Below are positions 26,290-41,290 of a stretch of 64,000 nucleotides of DNA, one piece after another. Within the stretch, counting starts at the first letter, position 1. Each line of letters starts with the position of its first letter. The position numbers and the translations under genes are program-made. Source of the DNA: Octopus vulgaris. Lineage: Eukaryota. A model generated the notes under the pieces. It was given only the letters and a program-made list of their open reading frames with translations. It was not told the origin of the DNA and searched no databases. The stretch is taken from positions 132,494,001-132,558,000 of the forward strand of contig OX597817.1 in NCBI GenBank assembly GCA_951406725.2, written 5' to 3'.

Positions 26290-27600
26290 TAGTACAGTAA
26301 TACTATCAGACGGTTGATCGACAATAGGGATGTGGTGCGAGACCGGGGTATCATTGCCGAATCTGATGTCTCGGGGTTGCTTTGCGAACCGGTCAGCCAA
26401 GTTGCGTCCCATTTGACCAATATACAGGGAAGGACAGAAAGAGAGAACAGTTTCCCCTCTACACAAAGCTTTCGTTAATCCGAGAGAGAGAGCACAAGTT
26501 GCAAGCAATGTATGTATAAAGGACAAATTTAGGGACGGTTGAAGAACCGGAATTTGCGTCCTGTTTGACCAATGTACAGGGAAGAGAGAAAGGGAGAGAG
26601 ATAGAGCAGGTGATGGAGTAAATAACATTACTAGAGGTGTAGGTGAAAGAGTCGGTGATGTGATGTGGACGGTGATGAGTACCTGTGAGGATGGTGGTGT
26701 TGGAGAGGTAGGGGTAGGTGCATCAGTGTGGGCGGGAGAAGGGGAAGGACTCAGGCTGGGAGTCGGGGTAGGAAAGAGATTGCAGAGCAGGATGTCACAC
26801 AGGTTATGGGTTCGTTTGAAGGAAGGAAGTGGTAGGTTAGGGAAGATGTGCGAGGTGGGGGGCTCGGACAGGAGTCATCGGAAGGCCAGGAGAAGGGTGC
26901 ACTGGAAGGGTAGGGTGGGTTCGAGGAGGAAGAGCAGAGGCACGGTCCACAGCTCGTATCCGGGCAAGGGCAGTATGGATAATGGTGAGGGGATATCTAT
27001 GTAGGATGAAGTGGTGAGCCATGAGTTGAGGCTGAGTCTCAAAGTCATCGTCGTCACTGCTGAGCCTGCGTAGACGGAGGAATTGGAAGTAGGAGATGGA
27101 GAGCATGGTGTAGGTAGGTAGGAGGAGAAATTAAGGCAGGAGTGTGAGTCAGGGTGTTTGTAGTGGATGGAGGTAGTGAGAGCGGAGTGGGGTGTGGGGA
27201 CAGAAATGTCGAGAAATTCGACGGAAGAGTTAGAGACAGTGCAGGAGAATTGGACGGCAGAATGGAAAGATCGGACAAAAACGAGAACGTAATACAGTTA
27301 TTCGCGGGAGAGTGAGGTTGCATCGCAACGGTCAACGATGTAATGACCGTATATCTCGAGACTGGGACCAACGAATCGTGAGAATATTTGCCCCTCGACA
27401 TGGCCAACGGACAGGTTCGCATAGCTGGGGCCCATAAGTACTCCCGAGAGCTGTTGGTATAACTCCACCGCGAACGAGAAGTAGTTGAGGAAGAGGACAA
27501 GTTTAGCCAGACGAAGAAGTGCAGAGGTGTCAGGATGAGGGTCAAGCTGAAAGTCAAGCAAGTGTTTAGGCGTAAGAAGTCCCTCGGTGTGTGGGATCAC
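26290..27600 (-). pseudogene. Second PLE family (GC-richer), decayed RT and GIY-YIG remnants
   Basis: LNYFSF..YQQLSGVLMGPSYANL, VEFLDI, YKHPDSH, QFLRLRRLSSDDDDF and CPSLYIGQMGRNLADRF. Confidence 0.8.
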
Positions 27601-28459
27601 CGGACACAAACTTTTAACTTGATCTGTTTCGGGACAATGTTGAATAGGGCAGGGCCTGTTGAGGAAGGGAAATGCTGTTGCAGAGCTCTTCTTCGGAAAC
27701 AGAGGAAGGTCCAATAGTAAAGGAGGAAGAAAATCGCCAAATATCCACATGTGGTTACACACACACACACACACACATATATATATGTATGTATGTATGT
27801 ATGCATGCTTATGTATATATCTACGCATACAAATGTGTATATGTTTATGGATGCATGTATGTATGAATGTATGTATGTATGTGTGTGTTTGTATATATGT
27901 ATGTATGCATGTATGTATGTATGGCTAGCTGTGTTTTTGTGGCACAATAGTGCTATTTGCCCTCATTATCATTATTATTATTATTATGATCATCATCATC
28001 ATCATCATTGTTTCTCGATGTTCTTATAATGAAAACTGTGATCTTTGGTTGATTCATTGGAATCGCGTCTTAGAATCCAAGAGGAAAATGTTGGAAAATC
28101 GTTATATTCACATTACAGTATTTAATTGTTTCATTATCTTCTGATTTTACATTGAAATCTTTGGGTCACATGACTCTAAGAGTAATGTCAATCGTTTCAA
28201 TGTATACAATGCTCAGTGAGTGTATGTGTGTGTGTGTATGTATTCATATACATATATATGTATGTATGTACGTATATATATATATGTATCTTTAAATAAT
28301 ATACATATGTATGCTTATACGTATACATATGCATACATATATATTTATATATATATGTATATATATATGTATATATATGTATATACATATATATATATAT
28401 ATATATATAAATATATGTATATATGTATATGTATATGTATATATATATATGTGTATGTA

Positions 28460-28514
<55 letters not shown>

Positions 28515-28517
28515 ATA

Positions 28518-28562
<45 letters not shown>

Positions 28563-28581
28563 TTATATATATGTATATATA

Positions 28582-28800
28582 CCCATTTCGGGATCACTAC
28601 ACATAAATACACTGCAACACAGTATCTTTTCCTCAACAGGCACTGCTGTATTTAACATTATACCGAAACAGATCAAAGAGGGAAAGAATACTATTACCTG
28701 TAAACGAAATCTGGACACAATTCTTATACCATATTAAGCCACATATTCCTGGATAAAACTCCCTACGCGAATTGGCCATGATGCTACAAAAGTTGACTTT
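28582..28800 (+). mobile_element. CR1-like LINE 3' fragment (related piece at 27610-27700, minus)
   Basis: [23 protein letters not shown]; homologous to 52262-52745. Confidence 0.55.
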
Positions 28801-28957
28801 AATGGTTTAGATAATTCTATTAGGTGGTGCTGCTGAGTTGGACTTTGATGGAAACATATCTAAGTTTATGTAAGTTTATATATATGAATATATATATATA
28901 TATATATAAAATTATAGTTATTATTATTTTTACTATTACTATTATTATTATTATTAA

Positions 28958-29007
<50 letters not shown>

Positions 29008-29009
<2 letters not shown>

Positions 29010-29141
29010 TAGGGTATCTAAGAGATACAACCAATCTGCAAATAGCATCCAGAATTGACTCTAAAACCACATTGAATGTGGTTTTAGAGTCAAGTTTTAG
29101 TTGCTATTTCCAGCATGGTAGTATCTCTTAGATACTCTAAA
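29008..29141. repeat. ~134-bp hairpin with a 1-nt loop
   Basis: TTGACTCTAAAACCACATT-G-AATGTGGTTTTAGAGTCAA core; outer arms GTATCTAAGAGATAC / GTATCTCTTAGATAC. Confidence 0.85.
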
Positions 29142-29255
29142 TTATAATTTTCATAGTAATTATTACCTTTGAAGGTTTTTATTCCTATGCTGGTCACTTG
29201 ATAATATTGGTATTTAAATAACGATCTTATCCTTATCTATCTATCTAACTATCAA

Positions 29256-29354
<99 letters not shown>

Positions 29355-29368
29355 ATATATATATATGC

Positions 29369-29443
<75 letters not shown>

Positions 29444-29876
29444 TATAATTTTATGCGTAATGAGATAAAAAAACATACATAATATCCCTTCATCGGAGAC
29501 GGTGTGAGAGGAAAAGTTAAGTCATAGTTAGTTTCGATGTGATATAAACAGAGAGTGAGGTGGAGGAAAGAAAATAGATGTAAGATATGCATGGTAATTG
29601 AGTTCATAAATCCGTTTTAGAGGCATAATGGTATATATGTGTATTATTCCAATATCTTTTGAGTAAAATCCAAAAGTCCAACAGGGTTTAATATGATTCC
29701 ATCCAAATGTAAAGTTTATAAGCAATGTAAGATTCTCTTAAAGTTGGTCCTTCCCAGTAGGGAATTTATATAGAATGTAGCAGATTCAAGGTTTGTGTTT
29801 AAACTGACCTAGAAATAGGGAGTGTATTAGTTTGGTCAAATCGAAAATATATATGTATATACACACACACACACAT

Positions 29877-29980
<104 letters not shown>

Positions 29981-30133
29981 GTATACACACATATATAATT
30001 GAGATTCAGTTCAAAGGACATGCTGGGTATGTCTACATGCTGGAAATCTCAGTCAAAACTCTTATATAAACAGCCGAAAAAGTTACACAGATATTAACTA
30101 CAGAAGTCAACCATGGGCGAACAAACGGGTCTA

Positions 30134-30200
<67 letters not shown>

Positions 30201-30215
30201 CATATATATATACAC

Positions 30216-30295
<80 letters not shown>

Positions 30296-30310
30296 TACTT
30301 ACATGTATAC

Positions 30311-30349
<39 letters not shown>

Positions 30350-30352
<3 letters not shown>

Positions 30353-30968
30353 GTTGGCACAGGACGTCACGAAACGTGTACAACAGAAAATACAAAGTAC
30401 GAGTAGATGGAATATGAAATATTTCTTCGAACAACGAAAAACACGAAGGGAAAACAAGACAAGCAACATAAAGGACGACCATTCATCTGTTGTTGGCTGT
30501 TTTTCTACTCTCGTATTTCGTGCCTTTCAGAAGATACGCTTTCGATAAAACAGTTGCTCCCGAAAAGCAAATTAAATGAAATTCGGTATTTTGCGGAGGG
30601 TCAAAATAGGTAGCACAAACAGGACAGTGAAAACAAACAGGAAGGTCTGCTAAGCATAAACGTTGTTGTGGTGGAAAACGCATAAATCAAGCTTGGACAG
30701 AAGTCAGACAAGATCACGTCTTCCTTGATACAACTACTACGGAGAGAAAGAGTGAATGACAGAGAACTGTGAAGGGGAGAGGAAAACATTGGTGATAGAA
30801 TAAATGAGAGAAAAACAGGAGAGGGAGAAGGGGAGGTAAAAGAATAAGAGACAGGGAGAGAGATTAACGAAAGTGTAAAAAGATAGAATAGAGTGCACAT
30901 CAGAACTAATACGAAAAAACTTACTTGGAAGGGAATGCGTGGCGTTCAGTTACGTAATAAGATAAATA

Positions 30969-30999
<31 letters not shown>

Positions 31000-31420
31000 T
31001 GAATATACACATATACACACATATATGAATATACACATACGTATATGTACATACTTGCTTCTATACGTATATATATATATATGCATATGTGGGCACAGGG
31101 TTTCACAAAACGTGTACAACCGAAAATATGAAGTACGTGTACGAGGAATATAAACTGTTTTTTTCGAACAACGAAAAACAGAAATGGAAAGCAAGACAAG
31201 CAACATAAAGAACGATCCTTCATCAGTTTTTGGCTGTTTTTCTACTCTCGTATTTCGAGCCTTTCACAACAAGATATGCTTTCGATAAAACAGTTGCTCC
31301 CGAAAAGCAAATTAAATAAAATTTGGTATTTTGCGGAGGGTCAAAATAGGTAACACAAACAGGACAGAGAAAACAAACAGGAAGGTCTGCCAAGTCTAAA
31401 CGAGATTGTGGTGGAGAACA
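30350..31420. repeat. Two direct copies of an unclassified ~330-bp repeat (30350-30680, 31090-31420) in (TA)n context
   Basis: Shared blocks such as GATAAAACAGTTGCTCCCGAAAAGCAAATTAAAT and GTATTTTGCGGAGGGTCAAAATAGGTA. Confidence 0.75.
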
Positions 31421-31846
31421 TATATATATAATTGATATAGACAGCCGCGAGAAATTATTTACCAAAAAGGAAAACTGTGTCACTGAATATGATTAGGTTG
31501 TTAGAACACTTACATTGCTAGAAATAAGAGCTGAGGAGCTCTAAAGCTGTCGCTGAAGCACATAATTGTATACATATGTACTGAAAACACCGTTCGAGAA
31601 TTCCTTATATTGATCGGTCAGTTTCGGATGATTCCGTGGCTTCATCAGTGGGGGCTGCTCGATTCGGATGATTCCGGACTTAATTCTCTGTTAGTATTCG
31701 CCATAATAATCGATGGCTGATTTAGCGAATCGCTAATGTGTATTGAAAAAAAATTAATGTAGACAGCCCTGTGCAATTTTTTTTCACCAAAATGGAAAAC
31801 TAAAAATTCACGAAATATGACCAGACTGTTAGAACACCTACTTTAC

Positions 31847-31895
<49 letters not shown>

Positions 31896-32339
31896 GTGCG
31901 TGTGTGTGTGTGTGTGTGTGCGTGTGTGCGCGTGTGTGTGTGTGTGTGTGCGTGTTGCGCGCTCATATAAATACACTAAATACATAAAACCTCTGTTTTA
32001 TTTTAGTAAAGATGTTTTGCCAACTTAAAGAGGCAGTCCTGCTTAGGATGATGTTACTACTGTTTAACCCCAGGCAAACATCTTTTCCAGCTGGCTACCG
32101 ACACATCGTCTGTGTCCGTTCACTGTGAGCAAGGGAGCTTATGCTCCCCCTCCAGCTTTTGCGATTGTTTTATATTATCTTCCTTTCGAAATTGTTTGAA
32201 GTACTTATTTCTTATTCCTCCAGGATTTCTTGGTATTGTATAAACACCTCTGTTCCCTTAAACAGAAATCTTCCAAAATACATTTTGTACAGGTAATTAC
32301 TAAATGTATTTGGCATTTTTCTTTAAAAACATTCGTTAT

Positions 32340-32575
32340 GTGGCAGCGAGTAAGCAGAATCCTTATCATGCCGGACAAAACCTGTTGCCGCACTCAGTCC
32401 GCCTTTACGTTCTGAGTTCAAATTCCGCTCAGGTCGACTTTGTCTTTCATGCTTTCCGGGTCGACAAAAATAGGGACTAAATAAACACTGGGATCGATGT
32501 AATTGACTTATCCCCCACCCCCACCCCACCACCACCACCCAAACTTTCTGGCCTTGAGTCAAAATTTGAAATCAA
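32340..32575 (+). mobile_element. SINE family B
   Basis: GTTCTGAGTTCAAATTCCGCTCAGGTCGACTTTG. Confidence 0.75.
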
Positions 32576-33854
32576 TTTTGAGAGGTTATGCAAAAATACG
32601 TCGGTTATTGTTCAAACCTTTTCTGAATTTTTAATAAATGACTATGGTTGAGGAGTTTTTGCTACGAAATCCCATGGCTCTAAAATGGATTCCGCTGCGC
32701 ACGACCATGAACAAGTGTCTTCTGTCACAGTTTTGGTTCAACCCAAGCCATTGAGTAGAATCGAATTACACAAACATTGTGCAGAACGACACCGGCTCGA
32801 CTGTACTCATTCCTAGGCCAGCATCCTTGAAACTTCGACCAAGTCTCCTCCTCCCCTATCACCTGGTCTTTACATACTTTAGCCGTGTTCACTTTGTTGT
32901 AATCGATATGTTGACATGCTTACGCTATTTGTTACAGCACTTACAAGTAGGGCGTGACCTCTTGCTTCTACCCTCCACCAACCAGTCACAGAAGCACTTC
33001 AAAAAGATGATGGACGCTTCATTTTTGGACTATGCCAAGCAAAATGTTCAAATAAATGAAAGAAAATAAAAACATAAATGAGAGGAACGTGGAATCGAAA
33101 CGTCGTTCGTTCACAGACTCAACTCACAAGGATCTTAATTCTAAAGCGCATGCCAAAATGTTGTTATTAAATATAGATTAACATGGTACGGTTTCTCGTA
33201 TGTATTTATTTTTCTGAATCTATTTTACGATGTATTACACATGTTTTTAGGTTTTTATAGAAACTGTGTTCTCCAGTTATTCCTTTTAAGGAAAAATAAC
33301 GGCGAGCAAGAACTTTCCTTTAGTAGAAGCATATCTTTAGGACGTTGGTTGTTTTGTTTGCATGTTTCTTTTGTTGGGTTTTTTTTGTCTTTCTATCGTT
33401 TACTGGTGTTTAAATATAGCTTCTTCTGCTCTTTTATTTTTTCTATCTTCCAACCTATCCGATCTTGATGAATTACTACCAAGTTCGAAGGTCAAACTAA
33501 AGCAATGTCTTCCATGCCGTGGAATAAACTGCATGGAACATACGGTCAAGCTGGCGACTAGCTTCTGGAAAATTCTAATTAAAATACTCTAACGGTTTCA
33601 TCCCATCTTGTTTGCTTGTGTGTCGAACTAGTAGTCTTTACGTTGGAACTAATATGTCAGCTGTAAGGTCATTTGTATACGCCATGTTGGTCAAATGAAC
33701 CCGATACCTTTTGATTAATTCAAACTAACAGCAACAACAACATCAACTAAAACAATTCGATAGTGTTGATTTACTAGATTGTTTCCTTGCTTATTATTTG
33801 CACACATTCATCTAAGACACTTTATCAACTGTCTCTGCAATCTTAATCATGCCC

Positions 33855-33855
<1 letters not shown>

Positions 33856-33909
<54 letters not shown>

Positions 33910-33941
33910 CATTATTATCATTATCATCATCATCATCATCC

Positions 33942-34039
<98 letters not shown>

Positions 34040-34061
34040 GTTATTATTATTATCATCGTCA

Positions 34062-34126
<65 letters not shown>
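33856..34126 (+). repeat. (ATT)n/(ATC)n microsatellite
   Basis: Directly visible. Confidence 0.95.
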
Positions 34127-34352
34127 GAGGTTATCGTGATCTTTGAATTGTTTTATTATTCAACTTCGACAGCAGTCTTTGTTTTGATACTCATCATTTT
34201 TTTAAAAATAAATTTCCTGATGGGAGACTCTGCGTGGTTGCTCGACTCTCTAGAAATAACAGTTATATGTTCCTCAAAAATCACACATATTGTGTATAAC
34301 GCTAGTACAAACTGCATGCAAGTTTATATAGACATGGTAGCACAATGACTGC

Positions 34353-34383
<31 letters not shown>

Positions 34384-34913
34384 CAGGAAAAGAAAATAGA
34401 CGCGATTGTGTTTGCTAGAAAGTCTTTCGTCAAGGATTTGCTCGGACAAGGTTAAAGCAGGGATAAACAATATCACCATAAACAACAACAATAACAATAA
34501 CAGCGATAACGACGCCAACGACGACAACAACAACAACAACAACAACAACCTACATTAAGTTACTGAGCTTTAGTTTCATTGTTGAGTGGTCAAACTGACA
34601 CTTACTTATCTGCTGTTCTGTACAAAATAATAAAACTATATTTGTTCGGGATTTCTATACTCTTCATTATTCAGCAACTATCGACAGTTTCAATATTTAT
34701 TCACTTGTTTGGAAATGGTCTTCCTTTTTTCAAATTTAAAGTTTTCGATCCTGGTTACATTTCCTAGAAAATAAATGAATTTCAAACATTCATTTATTTT
34801 TAGTGACAAAATATATACGCATCTCTCTCTCTCTCTCTCACCCTTTCTCTCTTTCTATGCGTATACACACACACACACACATATATATATACATTCATAT
34901 TGTATATATATAC

Positions 34914-34994
<81 letters not shown>

Positions 34995-35004
34995 CATATA
35001 TATA

Positions 35005-35129
35005 TTCCTTCCTGTCGAAGAGTGTATGCTCGAAACGTAAAAGACTTTCTCACCTTCCTGGGCATTAAAATAATACACCTGTTTGTTGTTTATACACCTG
35101 TCTTCGTCTTTTCTTTTATAAATTCCAGC

Positions 35130-35132
<3 letters not shown>
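35005..35132 (+). mobile_element. PLE-type 3' end with hammerhead-like motif (35007-35044); second copy 53140-53338
   Basis: CTGTCGAA-GAGT-GTAT-GCTC-GAAAC-GTA-AAAG here and CTGTAGAA-GAGC-GTAG-GCTC-GAAAC-ATA-GAAG at 53213-53248; both inside (TA)n. Confidence 0.55.
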
Positions 35133-35160
<28 letters not shown>

Positions 35161-35464
35161 ATTGGACAAAATAATGGAAACACCAAGCATCATAGCATCA
35201 TAATTTTGAAATATCTATAAAATCTTCAAAAGCTAGTTCATTTTTAAGTTTTTTTTTCATTTATTATTAGTGTTGCTTAATATGTTTTGCTAAAATTGCT
35301 GTTTCTTTTCAGTGAGCAATAGTATAAGTACTAGGCTTACAAAGAATAAGTCCTGGAATCGATTTGATCGACTGAGGGCGGTGCTCCAGCATGGCCGCAG
35401 TCAAATAACTGAAACAAGTAAAAAAAAACAAAAGAATACTCACTATAGACATACATGAACTGAA

Positions 35465-35790
35465 TTGGCACTCCGTCTTTTACGACGATGAGTGTACCAG
35501 TTGATCCGACCAACGGAACAATTTTGCTCATGAAACTAACATGCAAGTGGCTGAGTAGTCCACAGACACGCAAACCATTAACGTAGTTCTTAGGAAAGAT
35601 TCAGCGCAGCAGAGAATGTGAAACGGTTGGCACTTTGAAGTACTGGTATATCTGATTTCTGCCAAGTGATTAGACTGGAGACACGTGAAGTAAAGTGTCT
35701 TGCTCAAGAATACAATACCCCGGAGGAATCAAAATCACGCCCTTACAATCGTGAGCGGAATACCCGGACCACTAAGCCAAGCGCCTTCAC
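35465..35790 (-). mobile_element. SINE, D-type head with family-C tail
   Basis: Reverse complement of the 9435-9748 layout. Confidence 0.65.
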
Positions 35791-35859
35791 CTAACTGATA
35801 TACTTGTAAGCATTTCTAAACAATAATTACTGTGCGTCGAACAACGGATTCTAATCATT

Positions 35860-36240
35860 GTTTTCTACTCCAGGCACAAGGCCCGACATTTTTGGGGAGG
35901 GAGCCAGTCGATTAGATCGACCCCAGTACGCAAATGGTATTTAATTCATCGACCCCAGAAAGTATGAAAGGTAAAGTCGACCTCAGCGAAATTTGAACTC
36001 AGAACGTAGCGGCAGACGAAATACCTATTTCTAAAAAATGACAGACAAACAGACAGACAAACAAGGACAGACAGACAGATTAAGTCGATTATATCGACTC
36101 TAGTGCGTAACTGGTACTTATTTAATCGACCCCGAAAGGATGAAAGGCAACGACGACCTCGGCGGAATTTGAACTCAAAATGTTACGGCAGACGAAATAC
36201 GGCTACGCATTTCGCCCGGCGTGCTAAAGATTCTGCCATT
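35860..36240 (-). mobile_element. Tandem SINE family B units
   Basis: Two successive GTCGACCTC..AATTTGAACTCA units. Confidence 0.75.
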
Positions 36241-36377
36241 TCTTTTAATTGTCTCTTTACTTCTTTCTCTTGCATATTCTTACGTTAATGTAGTTACCTA
36301 TCAACACACGAAGATAGTATTTTTTCAATGTATACATACATATCTACGTATAATACATATATAAAAATCTTTAAATT

Positions 36378-36598
36378 GTTTTAGCTTCAGAGCTGTGGTC
36401 ATGATGGTGTACCACCGTTGGCTGTACTACACCATTACTTGAAACCTCCTCTGATAAGTGGCATTTGGTCAATGAGGGAGTTTGATGCCGCTGTCCTCAT
36501 CTGTGTTCCCTGCAGTGAGGTGTGTTCATCTGGAACCCTTAACAGGAGAAGATCCTGTTTTGTTTCATAAAATGTCACTCAAGCATTTTGTAAGGATA
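36378..36598 (-). mobile_element. CR1-like LINE 3' end
   Basis: Homologous to 43675-43930 and 58563-58780. Confidence 0.6.
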
Positions 36599-36600
36599 TA

Positions 36601-37223
<623 letters not shown>

Positions 37224-37615
37224 CGTGTGTGCGGGGTTGGGGGTTTTTGGTGTGTGAATGCGCGTTTGGTCAAAGTCTATTGAAGTATTTCTTCTGTTTC
37301 TCTGTTCAGCGTTTAATCCCACCGAGATCAAATTTGTGTTTTATCCTTCTTGAATGTGTAAAATAAAATCCCAGATAATCCGGTGGTGAAATAAAGTACC
37401 GGTCGGTCAAGTAGTGGGGTCGATATGAAATCCAAGAACCCCCGGTCTGCCAAATTACATGGGTCGTTTTCTTATGTTTTCTTTTTTCCTATGTATATTA
37501 GAAACATTTCTTTTATTTTCGAATAATGGGAAGAAGAAGAAGAAGAAGAAGAAGAAGAAGAAGAAGAAGAAGAAGAAGAAGAAGAAGAAGAACGCGCGCA
37601 CACACACACACACTA

Positions 37616-37701
<86 letters not shown>

Positions 37702-37851
37702 TACACGTATACCGATAGAAGCAGGGAGGCACGCATTCATTGTTATCATTATTATTATTGAACAATAGCTTCGTAGGAAATACTTGCATTTGTGGACAAT
37801 AGCATCGGAGAACATATGAAGTGAAAACATGGCCAAATGGTTCCGATAGTT

Positions 37852-37896
<45 letters not shown>

Positions 37897-38406
37897 AGAG
37901 AGAGAAAGAGTCGTGTATAATGATGAATATTTGTGTACGCGTTTGAGTGTGTGCATGTGTATCTGGCATGCTGGTGTATGTTCGTGTAGGAAGCATGTTT
38001 TCGTGTTTGAACGTTTGCGAGAGAGCAATTACGCATGAAATATATATTCATTGTGTAAGATATATTCTCACATCGTGAGAACATATATCAAATCTATCAT
38101 CATTGCCTTCGCATCATTCTTCCTCTTTTCAAATACGTGCTAAAGACGGCAATTCAAAAACTACATTTTAAACTCTAGCTATTTGGCACATTTGCTAAAT
38201 TGCTTTGACGCCATACAATAAACTCCTTTCACCGTTTTGTATCTACCCCATAGTGGCCAAATCTATATCGACATATTTGACAAGTAAATACATTATTTTG
38301 GCGCGGAGCCAGCCGTAAAGGGTAAAGCAACATTGCTGATGTGTTTGATTTCTATATTGTAATTTTGTTTCTTTGAACAAATTGCTCGAGAATATAACAC
38401 TCTACC

Positions 38407-38513
<107 letters not shown>

Positions 38514-39069
38514 ATATCCTTAAGCAGAGTGAAATTAAGTGAGGAAATACTGCGGTTCTATCCCGAACCTCACGACATCCATGAATTACAGCAGCCATTT
38601 ATATTCATTGCTCCTACTTAATATCTATTTGATGCGTTGGTGTTTGTTTGTCTTAAGTATACACACATCTATATTCGCTACTTGAATGTCTTAAAGTCTA
38701 TTTAACACAAGAAACAATCTGCATCCATTACGAACCAATGATTCCATGCTGAGTACTTATCTCTATATCTTATACTGTAAATCTCCTTATTATAAGCAAG
38801 ATTTATTCCACATTCTTCTTCTACTGAGAGATTAAATACTACATTTATCTCCATAAAGATCAGTATCAGTTCGTTTGTCTCAATATCGTCAGTGAATTAT
38901 TACTCCGAATTCTAAATATGAACATTAGAACGGTGTAATGTAACTTTACCGCCATTTCATAAATACTTATCTTTTATAAAAACATTCAATGTTCAATTGA
39001 AGTTATAGGTCGCTTTTCCGAACCTCATAAATGGTTGCTTGTTTGGGTTAGTTTTATACTGTGTATAGT

Positions 39070-39406
39070 TTATCTTTTACTTACATTATTTACATTATTT
39101 ACATTTGACGGATATTTGTTCTCATCTTGTTTGTTGTTAACACAACGTTTCGTCTGATATACCCAACAACCTTCATTAGGTGTCTTGAAGAAATTTCGAA
39201 CCTGGGTTTTCATTCCTAAGGTATTTTTTTATGTTATTATTATTATTATTATTGTTGTTGTTGTTGTTGTTATTATTATTATTATTATTCAGGTCACTGA
39301 TTGGACTCGAACTCAGAATCTTGAGGTTCGTAGCCGACAGTCTTAACCATGGGCATATGTCATAGTGGATAAGTGCGCGTCTACAAACCTCATGATTCCG
39401 AGTTCG

Positions 39407-39482
<76 letters not shown>

Positions 39483-39508
39483 TAATAATAATGATAATAA
39501 TAATAATG

Positions 39509-39570
<62 letters not shown>

Positions 39571-39810
39571 TATAATAATAATAATAATCATAATAATAAC
39601 AATAATAATGATTAAAACAACATTGAAAAATACCTTAGGAATGAGAACCCAGGTTCGAAATTGCCCCAAGGCATCTGGTGAAGACTGGAGGGTATATCAG
39701 CCAAAACTTTGTGTTAACAACAAACAAGATGAGGACAAATATCCGTCAAATGTAAATAATGTAAATAATGTAAATAATATATATAATTCCTCATCTCTAA
39801 ATATATAGCT
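39070..39810. mobile_element. Head-to-head dimer of a tRNA-head + (AAT)n + hammerhead-tail element
   Basis: The minus unit (39349->39070) and plus unit (39351->39810) meet at their tRNA-like heads; hammerhead motifs at 39139-39183 (-) and 39671-39714 (+). Confidence 0.75.
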
Positions 39811-40063
39811 ACCTTTTACTTGTTTCAGTCATTGGACTGCGGCCATACAGGGGTACCGTCTTGAAGAGTTTAGACGAACGAGTCTTATTACTTATTTTTG
39901 TAGATTTGCTATTTATTTAATCGTTCTTCTGAGGATCAGCTAAGTTACGAGGACTTAAAGAATTCAGCACCGTTTGTTGCGCGATATGACAGGACAAACA
40001 CACACGCACACACAAACACACACCGAGACACACACACGTGCACACACTCACACATGCACACAC

Positions 40064-40286
40064 ATACTTGATGGAGTCCTGTGCAGTTCCTGGCTTTAAG
40101 GGTGTCGGGAAAGGCCTGGTTGGACGTCCAACCTTCACAGTTCTTTTACAGGGCTTAAAAAAACTGAAGAACCACTGCAATAAGTGTATTAATCTGAGTG
40201 GGGAATATGTTGAATAAAATTATAATTAACTATTTCTCATGTAATTTATTTAACCCGAAGCGAGGAACTTTTAATGTCCTCTTGGT
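40064..40286 (+). mobile_element. Mariner-derived non-autonomous element
   Basis: Encodes LQGLKKLKNHCNKCINLSGEYVE* (mariner C-terminus) between decayed TIRs (AGTTCCTGGCTTT / AAGCGAGGAACT). Confidence 0.6.
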
Positions 40287-40306
40287 TTTCAGTTACATAT
40301 ATATAT

Positions 40307-40950
40307 ATTAGGCTGTCAAGAAAGTTCTTGCGGTTTTTAACCTTTAAATGCAGATGCACATATCTCGGCTCAAACAAAACTTTATTAATCGAAATAAACA
40401 CAATCAGAACCAACACACTTTTACTAACGCGAAGCAAGTTTATTTAAGCCAGTAGCATAAAAGTCCTGCGTTCTGGTGGTTATGAAGTCGTTGAAAGCGT
40501 TTTGAAGCCTTTCTCACGCAGGAAGTTGTCGAGATGCGTGAAAAAGTGATAGTCGGTGGGTGAGAGGTCTGGTGAGTATGACGGATGGATGAGGCAGAGT
40601 TTCTTTGCCCAATTCGTTCAACTTCTGCAGGGTCAGTTGTGCGATGTGCGGTCGAACGTTGTCGTGGAGAAGAATTGGTCCATTTTTATTGACCAATGCT
40701 GACTGTTGTTGTCGGAGTTTCTTATGCATTTCATCCATTTGCTGACAGTACTTCGCCGTAATTGTTTTGCCTGGATCCAACAAACTGTGATGGATAAGAC
40801 CAGGTCGTTCTTGTTGCGTAAAAGAAGGGAAGACGACACTTCAAAACGGCGTTTTTTTTTTTTTTTTTGGTTGTCGTTCAATTCGTGAGGAAACCTATTT
40901 CCCGAATATTTTTGTTCTTCCAATCTCTTTCAAGTGGTTTGAAATTGTCG
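40307..40950 (-). mobile_element. Internally deleted mariner transposase remnant
   Basis: PHELNDNQK, ILLHDNVRPH, YSPDLSPTDYHFF motifs; TIR-like TTAGGCTGTCAAGAAAGTTC after TA. Confidence 0.85.
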
Positions 40951-41176
40951 TGTACGTTACGTCTAATTCAGAAGCAAGCTCTCGACACACACAGAGATAC
41001 ACACACTTACACATATATACGACAAATTTCTTCCAGTTTCTATCTACCAAATCCACTCACGAGGCTATTTTACAAGACACTTGCTCAAGATGCCACGGTC
41101 TGGAACTGAACCCGGTACCAAACTTCTTCCCACATATCCACGCATACGCCTGTCTTTATCTTCCAAATATATTTAG

Positions 41177-41219
<43 letters not shown>

Positions 41220-41237
41220 ACAAAGAAAGAAAGGGGA

Positions 41238-41289
<52 letters not shown>

Positions 41290-41290
<1 letters not shown>

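Noticed and set aside
30440-31290. Hammerhead in the duplicated 330-bp repeat
   Set aside because: CTGATGA is present in one copy but no consistent GAAA/UH fold is shared by both.
31615-31680. Minus-strand CTGATGA..GAAAC with a 14-bp direct repeat TTCGGATGATTCCG
   Set aside because: Could not form convincing stems I and III; single copy.
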